Below are positions 23,131 to 35,265 of a DNA stretch of 64,000 bases, piece by piece. The position numbers and the translations under genes are program-made. The notes under the pieces are model-generated. The model was not told the origin of the DNA, did no database searches, and was given only the letters and a program-made list of their open reading frames with translations. This DNA comes from Vermamoeba vermiformis (Eukaryota): the NCBI GenBank assembly GCA_045837725.1, contig JBEWZL010000266.1, positions 62,001-126,000 of the forward strand, in the 5' to 3' direction. Within the stretch, counting starts at the first letter, position 1. Every line of letters starts with the position of its first letter.

Positions 23131-25959
23131 ATGTTGTTTCGGGTTGCAATATTTTTAGCGGTGGTTATATCGGTGCTGATCCAATCCATTGCGGCCCAAA
23201 CGCCTGTAGTTAATTTATTAGGTCTTAAATGCTCTCAAGACACATTGTATGAGATTGATTCCACCTTACAATGCTGCAGCGAAGACGACGTAGCTCCGGT
23301 TCCAATGGTGGATGCGACAGCTTGTGCGGCTTACTGCGCAGCTAATAATTTAACTTCAATGTACGGAAGATACTTGGATGGTACACACATTGAATGTGTA
23401 TGTTTGACGAATTGCAGTACCGGTACGTACTTTTTAAACTTATTTTGATACAATACTAATTAGAAATTTTATGTTCGTTTTAATTATAATTCAAATTGCT
23501 AATTATTCTTTGTTTTTTAATATAAATATTTATTTTATACTCTTATTCTTACTTGAACACGTGCAGTTTCAAGCGTCTCGAGCGTGTTGGGCTTTGAGTA
23601 TGCTAGCAATAGTATTCCTTCTTCGAGTATGTGGCATACATAATATCAATGCACAATTCGTAATATTCGTGCATTACAGCCGTGCAAGACCTTGCATCCG
23701 GATCAACAGCAACCACCGAGCAGAATATTCAACCGAACAGTTTAACGCAAATTAGTCTTTCTTCAACACAGACAGCCATTTTCCACACTTCTTCTGATTC
23801 TAACGGTTCGTATTATTCCAAACTCGAATTATACGTATAAATTAAAATTTCCTTTTTAGGCAATGTGTTGCACTTCCTCGCTACCGTCACCTCAGCGGGA
23901 CTACCTACTGGCGCTCAACTCGGCTTTACGTTGCGAAATATGAATTCCTATTCTCCGTACTCACTTTTGCAACTCGATTACAAAGCAGTGAACAACTCGT
24001 TTGAAGTGATGGTCGGCATTGCTGCTTATGACCCTCCCGTACAATACAAGCGACAAACCGCAGACCTATTCACCTACTCGATATTACACCAAGGATCAGG
24101 TCTCATTGTAGTCTTGAGCTTGGACAATCAGCCTGTCATGTCATGGGAGTACAGCGTGATGATTACCAACATTGACAGCACCACTGGTCAATCATCGACC
24201 GTCAACAGTTTGGTGTTCGATCTCGCCTTAGGCTACACTACATCACTATACTATGCTTCTTGTTCGGCCAATCAGTGTCTCGATTCTCACGTGCTGCGAG
24301 TGTGCAACGGTTCATACATTGAGCGGTACGCATAATTTTGTCTTGTAAATGAGGAGTCTAACAAAAGGTCAGAAAATACTGTTACTTAGGGTGTAATTAT
24401 CAAACGAATGATTGCGAGCAATGCAGTGCTACCAATTGCGAAGGTACTTGCGTCAACTCTCCAACTCCGCGTTGTGTTTGCAGTCAATATCAAGTCGGAT
24501 CCGATTGTTCCTGTAAGTAGATTTTAATAGGCGTAATCACCCTACTGACTATTCTGAAACGTTAGTTGATGTGTCTACTGCGTCCTTGGCCTTGGAGAGC
24601 TATTACGACATTGCCGAAGTTACAATTGACGCGTCGGCCTGCAAAATTGGTAGCGTACGTTGTTTTCTTTAATACTTTAGGTAAATAGTTGACCAACATT
24701 CTATCAGACTTGTGCGAAGGCGCACTTTTTCACGTCGACAATTTCTACGAGCCTTGACAAGTTCTGTTGCGAGAACAGCTTTGCCCTGAGTTCAATCACG
24801 AGGCTAAATGGCAATGATGTGCTGAACTTCACTTCGACGGCTCAATGGGCCTGCGCTGGCCAGAACAAAGATGTGCTCGCTGCTCGATTCCCAACGGTGT
24901 TGTCTCTCCAATGGTTAGATCTGCCAGGACAAGTAGTCTTTCAGTGGCACGACGATCCTGAAGGCTCTCAAATCTACAACGGAACTTCAAGTGGTCACGT
25001 TACGTCTTGTGGCAAGTTTTTCCACGAAAAGTTTACAGGAATTGACCTGTTGTTAGATCAAGTTAGTACTGTGGGTGACGCATCACAGATCTTGCCTGAC
25101 CTTTCAATACCTCTCGGGTTATCATTCATGGCGGCTAGTTGTGCTGCTGTGATTATTGGATTTGCAGTCGGATCCGTCACTGTGCCTAATGGTACGTACA
25201 CTTTGTTATTTCATCATATTGACATTCTATAGGAATGACGGTCAAAAGACGCGAACCGTTAGCGAGGGGATGCGTACCTAAATACAACGGTGATTTGGCC
25301 AACAGTATTGTCGCGACATGTGTGCTGGATGTGGCACTGGTCACCGTGTGCGGCATCATCGGAACTCTTTATCCCGTGACTAGTAAGCGAGCTAATATCC
25401 ATAGAAGTTTTGGTTAACCTCCTAATGTGCAGTGTTGGTATTGGCCAGTGGAATTGTTCTCGTTGTAATGACGTACCAGATCCAAGACACAGCGAAGCGA
25501 TTCGGCAACATTCATAAGACTGCGCATCAATTACTCACCGTGCAGAAGGTATTTGGCCGAATTGCAGGTACGAACAATGTGGTGTTACATGATTAGATTT
25601 ACTAGTCTGACATTCTTCTAGGTGCATTTTTGATCGTGCTTGGAATTGCTATCTTTGTCATCGCTCTGGCTGCACTTGTTCTGGGCCAGTTTATAGTTAT
25701 ATTGGTGTACGTTGGGCCCGTATTACGTAAGAATAAGACTTGCGCTATCCGCACCCTGGATTCTAACTCTTGATTGACAGCTTGGTTCTTTCTCGGTGTG
25801 TATGTTACTTGGGTACTTGTTATTATCCATTTCGCTGCTGCTATTTACGTCTGCGTCTGCTTCTATTACACAGCTGCCAGATCTCGTAATCAAGATCAAG
25901 AATCGGTGCGAGTTCATACCGTTGAATTGGACGAGCCTTCGTCTGATTACATCGCGTAA
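23131..25959 (+). CDS. Cys-rich/EGF-containing multi-pass membrane protein, paralog C
   Basis: Same architecture; YDPPVQYKRQ; C-terminal HFAAAIYVCVCFYYTAARSRNQDQESVRVHTVELDE matches paralog A. Confidence 0.8.
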
Positions 25960-26242
25960 TAACATAATTTGTTTGTACATATTCATTAAACCTGTTGAAA
26001 AGACATTAAGGCTTGATCCTCGGTAATTTTTCCTAATTTGGAATAACTCACGTGACGTAATAAACGGAAGAGCTCTTCCGTCGCGTCACAATACCATTCA
26101 TTTCGTATTGCGCACTACAAGGCAAGTATTAAATCCAAAGTAAATTGACCAATTTGACTGACGATCTAAGCGATCGACACTTTTGTAAAGATCCTGCAAG
26201 TAATAAATAATTATTTAGGTAGAAAGAAAATAATAGAAAAAA

Positions 26243-26819
26243 ATGGGTTCATCTTCTGGCAAGGAAAAGAATCCCGTGATGAACCAAGCCACGACGGATC
26301 CAGACAATCCGCCGCACTACAAAAAATTAAAAGACAGAAGTTATCCAGCGAAGTTTAAAGCACTCGCCGCGAAGCATCATACAGATTTGAAGCCAGGAAA
26401 TTATCAAGAGAGTCCGCAGGCTGTATACGAAGGTAATTGCAATCGGATTCTGAAATTTTTAATGAATTGATCCGAGAGAATCTTCATCTTGGAATTAAAA
26501 CAACAAAAGATAATTGCGTAATATTATTAATTACGTTGTACTAACCATTACATTTTCAGACGTGAAGCGCGTGATCCAAGGAGAAAAGCTTTGGAAGATC
26601 GCGGCAGAGTTTCCTGAAGAATACCGCATTGAATTTGTGGCTGTAACTCCTTTGATGAGATTTAAGGACGATGTTGTGGTCGTTATTGAAGCAGATCCAA
26701 GTGGTAATGGCTCGATCTTGCACGCGCGTTCAAAATCAAGAATTGGACGAGGCGATATGGGTGCTAATAAGGCGAGATTATTATACTTGTTTGGTAAGCT
26801 CAATTTAACACCCAAATAA
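26243..26819 (+). CDS. DUF1499-family protein
   Basis: Two coding exons (26243-26432, 26560-26819); IEFVAVTPLMRFKDDVVV...LHARSKSRIGRGDMGANKARL matches the family C-terminal signature. Confidence 0.85.
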
Positions 26820-27757
26820 TGGAGAGCTGCTTGTGATATATAAGTATTATTTGTAAATAAATGGTAGGTTAGTACTTAAATTATTATTACGACGTTCTAC
26901 TTACCAGCACGAATTTGCCATCCACCATTGTACCAGCAAGCTAATCGACATTATATACCTTCTGAACGAGGCCTATGGTGACACTGAAATTACTGCGTAA
27001 TTCACCGGATGTGCACAACTCAGCATTCTCGTTACATTTCCCGTAAGTTTCAACATTTCAAGTTATGCAAGGCTAACACCTGTATCTAAACAGAAAGCTG
27101 TCATGTCAAAGATTTCGATAGAATCCCGGACAAACCTGTCAAGCACTTGAATACATCATGACACGAGAATGTTTGTCTTTGGCAATTTAAATACAATCAT
27201 TATGAGTACGTATAACTTATATTCGCAATTTTAATATTAATTCTGCAATAGAATGAATCGTAGGAAGGTCGAGAACTACTTTCTCTTAAAAGAATTTTTT
27301 TTTTTGCTGCGAGTTTACGGAATAGGTACGTTATAATTGATGTCGCTTTATTACGTAAGGCTTAATCGGATCTAACACCTGCAATAGCGCAATATTTGCC
27401 GAAATAGCCAAGACTATAAAAGCCCGCAGTTTAATATAAATCACTCGCGCAAGATTTGCCGACAAAAAATCACCAAAATGAGGCAATTGCTATGCACAGA
27501 CTTCTTAGAATATTATTCTGCAGAAATTCGTGCGTAATCTCTCGTGTTGTAGCTGCATTTTGCAACCGAAGCGAGGATTTAAAGGAAAGAAATGCGACAG
27601 CAAACTCATTCAAACACAACTTGACAATATAGCACCACAAATAGCCTTACAACACGACTTTTAAAAGTAATCGTAAGAACTGACATCAGATCCAGCTCGC
27701 TTTTCGTAATTAATGCAGTATTTTAGAAACGAACCAGACCTGTTCGCAACACCAACA

Positions 27758-30409
27758 ATGCATCTGAAAGCAATTATTCCGCTTTTGATGCTTTCAGCAC
27801 TCTTCATCTTGCCGAGCACTGCATTTCTAATAGAACGAAAGACAATAACAACCGTCGATTGGACCGCTGACACTGGCTCTTTTGCAGCAATCACTGCTGG
27901 TCCTTATTCTCTCTTTGCAAACAACATTCAAAAGCCTCTCTACGCGTTCAATGCTGACTCTCATTCTGCCTCTATCATCGACGTCGTGCCACCTAACAAC
28001 TACACGTACACTGTTGTCGACAATGAGTTGGCGATCTTTAGCTCCGGAAGTCTTGCCGCTGATTGGCTCATTGTCTTCAACACGACTTCGCAGCAAACAT
28101 CAACGGTGAATGTAGCGCTATCGAACTACAACTACGCGATCACCGCTGTTGGCACCAAGGTATTCTTCGCTGGTGGCTATAGCTTGAGTAGTCCAACGAC
28201 AGTGACGGACTATGTTGGCATTTATGACACCGCTACTCAATCGCTGAGTTCTTCAGCACTGCCCGTGCCGCGAGTGGAGCTGACAGCGACTTCAGTCGGA
28301 GACTTCGCCTTGTTCGCTGGTGGTCGAAGCGACTCCGTTGGACCTTTTGAAAACGACGTCTTCATATTCAACACCGCGACGCAATCGTGGAGCAGTGCCA
28401 GTCTCAGTGCCGCAAGAAAGCTTCAGACTGTATCGATCGGTCAATTTGCAATCTTTGTGGGTGGAAATCTCGCAGACTTTTTCGACAGTAACACGCAAAC
28501 ATGGACCACTCACACGCTCAGTCAAGCGCCTACTTCAGTGTACGGCTTCAGTATCACAAAGGATCAGCGTTACGTGTTCTTTGTTGGTGCAGGAAGAGCG
28601 GATGTGTTCGACGTGCAAAGTCAAACTTGGTCAACGCTCGAAATCTCGCCTTCAACACCTGCTTCGTACTGTCCATCAACGATCGTCGACAACTATGCTC
28701 TATTTGCATGCGGTGATAGCATCGCAGTGTACAACACAGCAACTCAATCGTTTGTCCGTCGCATTGTGTTCGATATCTACGACAACGTCATGCTTCAAGC
28801 GGGCTCGATTGGAAAGGTCGCAACATTCCTTTGCGTTGAACCAGAAGACGCGCGCAGACTCTACGTGATGACATTTGACTTCACCACAGGTCCGCCACAC
28901 AGCACTACTGTCTCGCGTGTCATCAATCCCGCGCCAGTGACCGTGCAGCTGTCCACGCATCAAATTGCCGCGCCTCGTCCTCTCTACTACGTTGTCGCAA
29001 ACAAAGCCATCTTCGCGACGTTTGACAACAAAAGTGTTGACATCTACGACGCTGACACTGACTCGTGGTCCACTTCGCTCCCTGACATTCCTACTCGCGG
29101 TGCCATTCTGACTGTCACCGATGATTTTCTGGTGTTTTCTGACAGCGCAGAAGCAGTGTTGCACATTTTTAATGCCAATTCTCTGGTGTGGAGCAAAGCT
29201 TACTTCCCTGAGGGAGTGTCGCGCTACTTCACATCAGTAGGCAACTACTTGTTCTATTCTGGCAGCAACAACACTCTTGTGGTGTACAACATCGTCAACG
29301 ATACGTGGCTGTCATTCAGCGATCAGTATTGGCTCAGCAATGAATTCATCAACGCGCTCTCGTACAAAAATTACGCTGTCTTTGTGCAGCAGCTTATAAT
29401 GACGACCAGTGCGCCAGCCTGGGACACAGATACAATGACGCGCACTGACTTTTACTACGGTGGCGACGTACCCAGAAGATATCCCGCTTACGCTGTAGCA
29501 GGAGACTACTTGGTGTTTGGTGGTGGTCTGTTGGACGATGGTTCTAAGAACTACAGCACTTACTCGGCCGACTTCTCCATTCAAAACCCTCACACGGGCG
29601 AATACTACTCCGGACTCATGCCTAGCGAGCGTTACACACTTAACATTCTCTACGTCCATCCTCTAGTGATGTACATTGGAGGCTCGGTCATCGAATCATT
29701 CAACGTCGAGACACAACAATGGCAGACTAGCTTCTTGGACGTCGGTTACACGGATGAACGAATGATGACGGGCCATTGGATGTTCACCACGCTCGGAAGT
29801 CCCAACTATGTTATTCAGTTCGATTCGACCACGCTCTCTTGGACAAACATCACTTTTGCGGGTTCTCCCGTGGGAAAAATAGCAAAACTCGGTGACCTGG
29901 CGGCATTTGTCGACAAGACTAGCCTAGTGCTGTTCAATCCACACACTCAACAATGGACCAGAGCTCAGTTCTCGTCGGACAAACAGTTCGCACTTGCGTT
30001 CACTGTTGGTGACAAAGCGCTGATCATGTCAAGGGATGCCCGAACCATGCACGTGATACCACTCAGTCAACTGTCGAACACACCCGCACCGACACCCTCT
30101 AACTCCGTGCCATGGAGTCCGTGGATGCCTCCTGTCACAACGAACAGTCCGTCCTCTCCAAGCACTGCTCCTTCTGCTTCAACCACGCCGTCATATCCAA
30201 ACACACCCAGCACCCAAGCACCGCTCAGCAGTGCTCCCACACTTGTTTCGAGTCCCTCTTCATCATCGCCACCCGTTGTATCCTCTACGAGCGGTGTCTC
30301 TTCGCCAACGCCTGTTGAGGCACCAACCAATGAAGGCAACCTGAAAACATCATCTGCTTCGCTTTCTACGACCGCTGTCATCTCAATCGTCCTCGCAGTT
30401 TTAGTCTAA
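27758..30409 (+). CDS. Secreted/GPI-anchored Kelch-repeat beta-propeller protein
   Basis: Signal peptide from ATG 27758, repeats such as VGTKVFFAGG..VGIYDTATQS and ALFAGG..VFIFNTATQSW, Ser/Pro/Thr stalk, hydrophobic C-terminus. The longer ORF start (27713) lies in a probable 5'UTR intron. Confidence 0.85.
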   Translation: MHLKAIIPLLMLSALFILPSTAFLIERKTITTVDWTADTGSFAAITAGPYSLFANNIQKPLYAFNADSHSASIIDVVPPNNYTYTVVDNELAIFSSGSLAADWLIVFNTTSQQTSTVNVALSNYNYAITAVGTKVFFAGGYSLSSPTTVTDYVGIYDTATQSLSSSALPVPRVELTATSVGDFALFAGGRSDSVGPFENDVFIFNTATQSWSSASLSAARKLQTVSIGQFAIFVGGNLADFFDSNTQTWTTHTLSQAPTSVYGFSITKDQRYVFFVGAGRADVFDVQSQTWSTLEISPSTPASYCPSTIVDNYALFACGDSIAVYNTATQSFVRRIVFDIYDNVMLQAGSIGKVATFLCVEPEDARRLYVMTFDFTTGPPHSTTVSRVINPAPVTVQLSTHQIAAPRPLYYVVANKAIFATFDNKSVDIYDADTDSWSTSLPDIPTRGAILTVTDDFLVFSDSAEAVLHIFNANSLVWSKAYFPEGVSRYFTSVGNYLFYSGSNNTLVVYNIVNDTWLSFSDQYWLSNEFINALSYKNYAVFVQQLIMTTSAPAWDTDTMTRTDFYYGGDVPRRYPAYAVAGDYLVFGGGLLDDGSKNYSTYSADFSIQNPHTGEYYSGLMPSERYTLNILYVHPLVMYIGGSVIESFNVETQQWQTSFLDVGYTDERMMTGHWMFTTLGSPNYVIQFDSTTLSWTNITFAGSPVGKIAKLGDLAAFVDKTSLVLFNPHTQQWTRAQFSSDKQFALAFTVGDKALIMSRDARTMHVIPLSQLSNTPAPTPSNSVPWSPWMPPVTTNSPSSPSTAPSASTTPSYPNTPSTQAPLSSAPTLVSSPSSSSPPVVSSTSGVSSPTPVEAPTNEGNLKTSSASLSTTAVISIVLAVLV

Positions 30410-30483
30410 GCACTTTACTGTTCTTTTGGACGGTCCAAGCAAACAGAAATTTTGAATAAATCACCTCACATTAATTTTTTAAC

Positions 30484-32755
30484 ATGACTACCTCAAACGA
30501 CGATAAACCGATAGCAGAATCATTGGCCAAGTTAGGAATTACTGTGGGCCCAAGCCAAGAGCCGGGTAAGAATTTCCTCAAAATTTTATTATTATTAATT
30601 TTAATATAGGTAGGATGCAATTATAATACTATCCTATTACGTAATATTGACTTATTGATACAAAATTTGTAGAGGACGACAATCAAGCGAATTAATTAAA
30701 ACAATTTTTAATAATTCTTTAGATTGCTTAATAAGTCTGGTGAATAGTGTGGCTCACTCTGCGGTAGAGCGTTCTGAGGCACGCTACTTCCGATATGCAA
30801 CGGCACCGCGGGATTCAGCCTGCAAATCTGTTTTGGAAAAGCTAAATTCAGTGCTCGGGCAATTAACACAATCCCCGCAACGAAACTCAAATGAAGGACC
30901 TTCTCCCACGCAAGCACCGCAAGCGTGGCATGTTCCTTGCATTTTCAACGGATCGGGATCGGGCAAAACGTTTTTCAGCCACTTTTTGCACGAGCACATT
31001 CTCGATTATACCGCAAAGAATACAGCGGTAATCGATCATAAAGACTCAAATTATACAGCTTATTAATTGATTTGTGACCAGGTTGCGCCGGACGTTTCAG
31101 CTTTCTTGCAAAAGCATCGAGTTTTGCGGGTTTGGATTGCACAATTTAATGGTCAGCAAGTACCACCAAATGAAACAGATATCAAACTTTACCTAGCTGC
31201 AGTTATTGCCTCACAGCTATTATTGGAAAAGCAGCGAACTGGTGTTCTCCGCGGTGCTTCGGTCATCACTTTGTTGCACAAGATCCGCGAAACAAAAACG
31301 GAGGGTCTGTTTACGGATAATTCAATATTATTACAAGCTATTAGAAGAGTACAAAGCATCCCAGACAACGAGCCCTTCTTAATACTTTTCGGTCACGACG
31401 AGATGCAGATGCTGACTGACCCAAAAGAACTGATGGGACTTGATGACGGAAAAAGACAGCAAAAACTAGTATACAAGTATATAGTCTCCGCCGTGGAATT
31501 CGCTACTGCTGCCGCTGCTCACAATGTAGGGGTTTTCAATTTGTTCACTGGAACGTTTCCTCTCAACTCTACAGTGTCGTTAGCACCGACAAAATATCAA
31601 TGGAGTCCTGTCACTTTCGATCCATTGACACCAGCTGACGGAATTACATTGCTGAAATCTCAACACCCGTCATTGAAGGAAACTTTAGAGGCAGCCAATA
31701 TAGCAACGCTATTAGAATTGTTTGGAAATGTTCCTCGCGTCTGGGAATTGTTTTCACGAGAGTTGGAAAAGAATTTAACGGCAATCTCGTCATCTAAATC
31801 GGTCGTTAAAATGTGCGATTCGTTTGCTCCGTGCGTTGAAAGATGGTCAATTCCAATACAGCAACTGCACGTAGCATTATTAGTACTGGTGCAAGGGTGG
31901 ACGCTAGCAGAAGTCAAGAGCCTGCAAAGACCAGAGATTGAGCGAGCTGTCATCAATCTTATTTACGACGGAAGACTATTTGCACGAGAAGATGGCAAGT
32001 TCTTCATACCAACCATTTTTCTGCGAAATTCAGTACGGGCATTAGACAACGAGGATCCCCGTCACGAGATATTCATCGAATATTTCAACGATTGTCTGAA
32101 CGGCAACTTCGATGACGGAGTATTCGAAAAGTTCTGCCTCGCCTTCCTCGTCATGAAGTACAACCTGTTCGTCAAATCCAAGTTTGACCGAGTGAGTCTT
32201 CAGCAAGTCTTTAGAGGATCTTGGATGAAGGAAAATACCAAAGGCCAGATCCGCATCGGTGACAAGCTGATTAGAGAAACTTACAGTACTACGCGCAACA
32301 TCATGACATCATTCAAAGATGTGCAGGTTGATGATGGTCTAAATAAGCGCAAATTCAAGGACATCAGAGATGCAATTCCGATTGCACTTTGGATCGGCAA
32401 AACTGATCCACACCAAGATGCTCTGCTGTTGTTACCTGATGACGTGTCAATCCATGTAGCGATGAAATTTTCTAGGACTGATGCTCAAGGATCGCTTTCG
32501 GGCGAATCTAACGGATCATTTGCGCACGAGCAACAGATGGCGGAGCAGAGTCCGGTTAAGCAGGAGAACAGCTACTTCATTTACATTACAAACCAATTGC
32601 TAACCGAAAAACCAGCGCAAAAAGAGGAAATACACCATCGATCATTCATTGTCTGCGCCAACAACTTCAGCGAGTTCTTCGGCGGAATTTTTCCATTTTT
32701 GACGTCAAAGTATTTTTTCGCTGGTGAATATGACTACGAAAGCTTGCAAAATTAA
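30484..32755 (+). CDS. Crinkler/RHS-like STAND-type P-loop NTPase with C-terminal restriction-endonuclease-like domain
   Basis: Walker A NGSGSGKT, Walker B LILFGHDEMQ, FTGT, LFGNVPR; C-terminal GVFEKF...HQDALL...VAMKFS. A 54-nt intron (31028-31081) joins the two ORFs. First exon junction uncertain. Confidence 0.7.
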
Positions 32756-33613
32756 ATATCGGTGCAATAAGTGTAATTGCCACTTTATGACCGGCTTGTG
32801 GACTTGTACAATACTGCGAAAGCGCTCTCCGGTAAGAGCCAGTTTCACTCGTCTAATTTTGGTCCAGCAGAGAAATTAATTGCGGGATTTTTGAACGAAA
32901 TTTTTACCTAACAAAACGATGTTAATTTTACTGTCCAATATTTTTACAAAAAATTTGGTTGGTCAAATAATAATAAAAATTTATTGGCGTTCTGATCCCT
33001 AGCGCGTACCAACACCTTGCAAATGCCGTGTAGTTGTAGACTTCGGATTTTCAGTAAGTTTCAAGCAAACTAGTTTACTGCGCGTCAGTTGTCAACATTG
33101 TCAATGTTATTGAATTGAGCGAGATCTCACTCAATTTGACCACTAGGCAAAGAGCGTTTCAGTTTCAAATTGTAGAGTCCTGATGATGCTGCTTAAATTG
33201 ATCACTGAAATAGCAACGACGACGTGCCGCGACCTCGTTGAAAAGGTAACATTCGGTCATTTTTTTTTTTTGAGTTGCAATGTTTACGAGCAACCAACAC
33301 TACTAATTACAATCAGGCTCTTTATTAAGAGCACCTTCGTGCAAGAATTGCGAAGAGACCAAGACTTCAAATGCAATGTAGAGAATTTGCTAGAAATTTA
33401 AGTGCGATCTCATGAAGTATACCAACTGCAATGGAATTTAAAGCTTTAGACGGCAATAGTTGACAGTATCATTTACAATCATTGACAATTACACCACAAA
33501 AGTACTGTAATACTTGAGGTAAGTACGAGCCAGATCTATTTTGATGGTTACTCGTTCTCACACTTATAACTTTAGCATCATAAGGACTACAATATTACAA
33601 ACCGCGAACAACA

Positions 33614-35191
33614 ATGCATAAAAAAGCTGTTACTATGCTTATGATGCTGTCAAGTCTCTGTGTCTTACCTAGCTGTGAATCCACCGCTCAAAGCGACACT
33701 TTAGTCTCCCGGGTCATCAATCCCTCGCCAGTCTCAGTGCAACTAGCCACTCATCAACTCACTTCATCACGTCCTTTATTCTACTCAGTCGCAAACAAGG
33801 CTATCTTTGTCAGCAATGATGAGACAAGTGTTTACATTTATGACGCCGGCACTGACTCGTGGTCTACGTCATCACCTAACACAGCCTCTCGTGGCGATGT
33901 CTTATCTGCTGCTGACGACTACTTAGTGTTCACTGACAAGGCTGACGGGGCAGTGCTTCATATTCTCAATGCCAACACTGTGACATGGACGACAACTACC
34001 CTCTCCGAGCGAGTGAACAGATACCACCAAACAGTCGGCAACTACATCTTCTACTCTATTAGCTATAGCTACACTCTAGCCGTGTATAACATCGCTAACA
34101 ACACTTGGCTCTCGTTTGAAGAAGAGTACGAAATGGCTGAAAATGTCATCATTCCGTTCAAGTACCAAACATACGTGGTATTCTTCTTCCGTGCCCGCAG
34201 AACAGGCTACCTCACTGCATGGAACACAGCTGGCGACTTGACGCGCACTCGTTTTGACTACGGAGGAGAGTACCGCCTGTTTCCGTCTGCGGGCGTGGCA
34301 GGAGACTACTTGGTGGTGGGCGGAGGAGTGCTTGAAACCACGTACTCGGCTGATTTCTCTGTTCGCAACCCTCACACTGGCGAGTATTACTCTGGAAAGA
34401 TGCCTACTGCTCGTTACTTGTTGACCTTTCTGTACGCCGATCCTCTGATATTGTTCACTGACGGCAATCTCACTGAAGCATTCAACGTGGAGACGCAACA
34501 ATGGCAGACAATTGTGTTGGAGATTGATATCTCAAACACACGCGTGTCAACGGGCCACAAGCTGTTCATGACTTACAGCGGTCAGAACCACGCAATCGAG
34601 TTCGATTCGGTCAAACTGACTGACAGTCAAACTTGGTCAACCATCAGCTTTTCCGGCTCCAGTGTTGGACCAGTCGTCAAACTCGGTGACTTGGCAGCAT
34701 TCGTTGACAGCGATAACATCGTGCTGTTCAATCCACACACTCAACAATGGACCAGAGCTCAGTTCTCGTCGGACAAACAGTTCACGAATGCTTTCGTTGT
34801 TGGTGACAAAGTGGTGATTGTGTCGAGTGATGAGCGAACCGTGCATGTCACAGGCCTGGCTCAACTCTCGTCCTCAGCACCTACGCCCACTCCCGCCACA
34901 CCTACATCAGCGCCAAGCACTCCATTGCCCTCCGCTCCCTCGACAGTGCCGTGGAGGCCGTGGACGATGCCTATTCCGAGCACACCGCTCGCTAGCACAC
35001 CTACCACTAGCAATAGCCCAGTACCTCTTCCAAGTCCGGTGTCTTCGTCGCCCGTGGCCTCTCCGAGCAATGGAAATGCCCCGGCGGTCGTTGCACCGAA
35101 GAGCGACACCAGTCTGGAAGTCAAGTCGTCAGCCTCACTTTCTGCTTCGATCATTTCATCCTTGATTGCTGCTACTGTGGCTTTGTTGTAA
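33614..35191 (+). CDS. Shorter Kelch-like surface protein paralog (signal peptide fused to C-terminal half)
   Basis: After the signal peptide it aligns with the 27758 protein from VSRVINP onward; keeps the stalk and hydrophobic tail. Confidence 0.85.
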   Translation: MHKKAVTMLMMLSSLCVLPSCESTAQSDTLVSRVINPSPVSVQLATHQLTSSRPLFYSVANKAIFVSNDETSVYIYDAGTDSWSTSSPNTASRGDVLSAADDYLVFTDKADGAVLHILNANTVTWTTTTLSERVNRYHQTVGNYIFYSISYSYTLAVYNIANNTWLSFEEEYEMAENVIIPFKYQTYVVFFFRARRTGYLTAWNTAGDLTRTRFDYGGEYRLFPSAGVAGDYLVVGGGVLETTYSADFSVRNPHTGEYYSGKMPTARYLLTFLYADPLILFTDGNLTEAFNVETQQWQTIVLEIDISNTRVSTGHKLFMTYSGQNHAIEFDSVKLTDSQTWSTISFSGSSVGPVVKLGDLAAFVDSDNIVLFNPHTQQWTRAQFSSDKQFTNAFVVGDKVVIVSSDERTVHVTGLAQLSSSAPTPTPATPTSAPSTPLPSAPSTVPWRPWTMPIPSTPLASTPTTSNSPVPLPSPVSSSPVASPSNGNAPAVVAPKSDTSLEVKSSASLSASIISSLIAATVALL

Positions 35192-35265
35192 GAGTGTGTG
35201 CGATGGTCAGATAGTTATTAAATTTTATCAAACAAATTATACATTTTACGACGCACGTTGCCTAT

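Noticed and set aside
26861-27150. Exon-like segments with splice signals downstream of the DUF1499 gene
   Set aside because: Frames contain stops and no recognisable product; at most a gene relic.
27713-27757. N-terminal extension of the Kelch ORF
   Set aside because: The ATG lies at the 3' end of a probable 5'UTR intron; the paralog and signal peptide support ATG 27758.
27827-30381. Antisense and alternate-frame ORFs over long coding exons (also throughout the window)
   Set aside because: Shadow ORFs of real exons with no motifs.
31064-31066. In-frame TAA between the two NTPase ORFs suggesting a pseudogene or readthrough
   Set aside because: It lies within a 54-nt GTAATC...CAG intron (31028-31081) whose removal keeps the frame.
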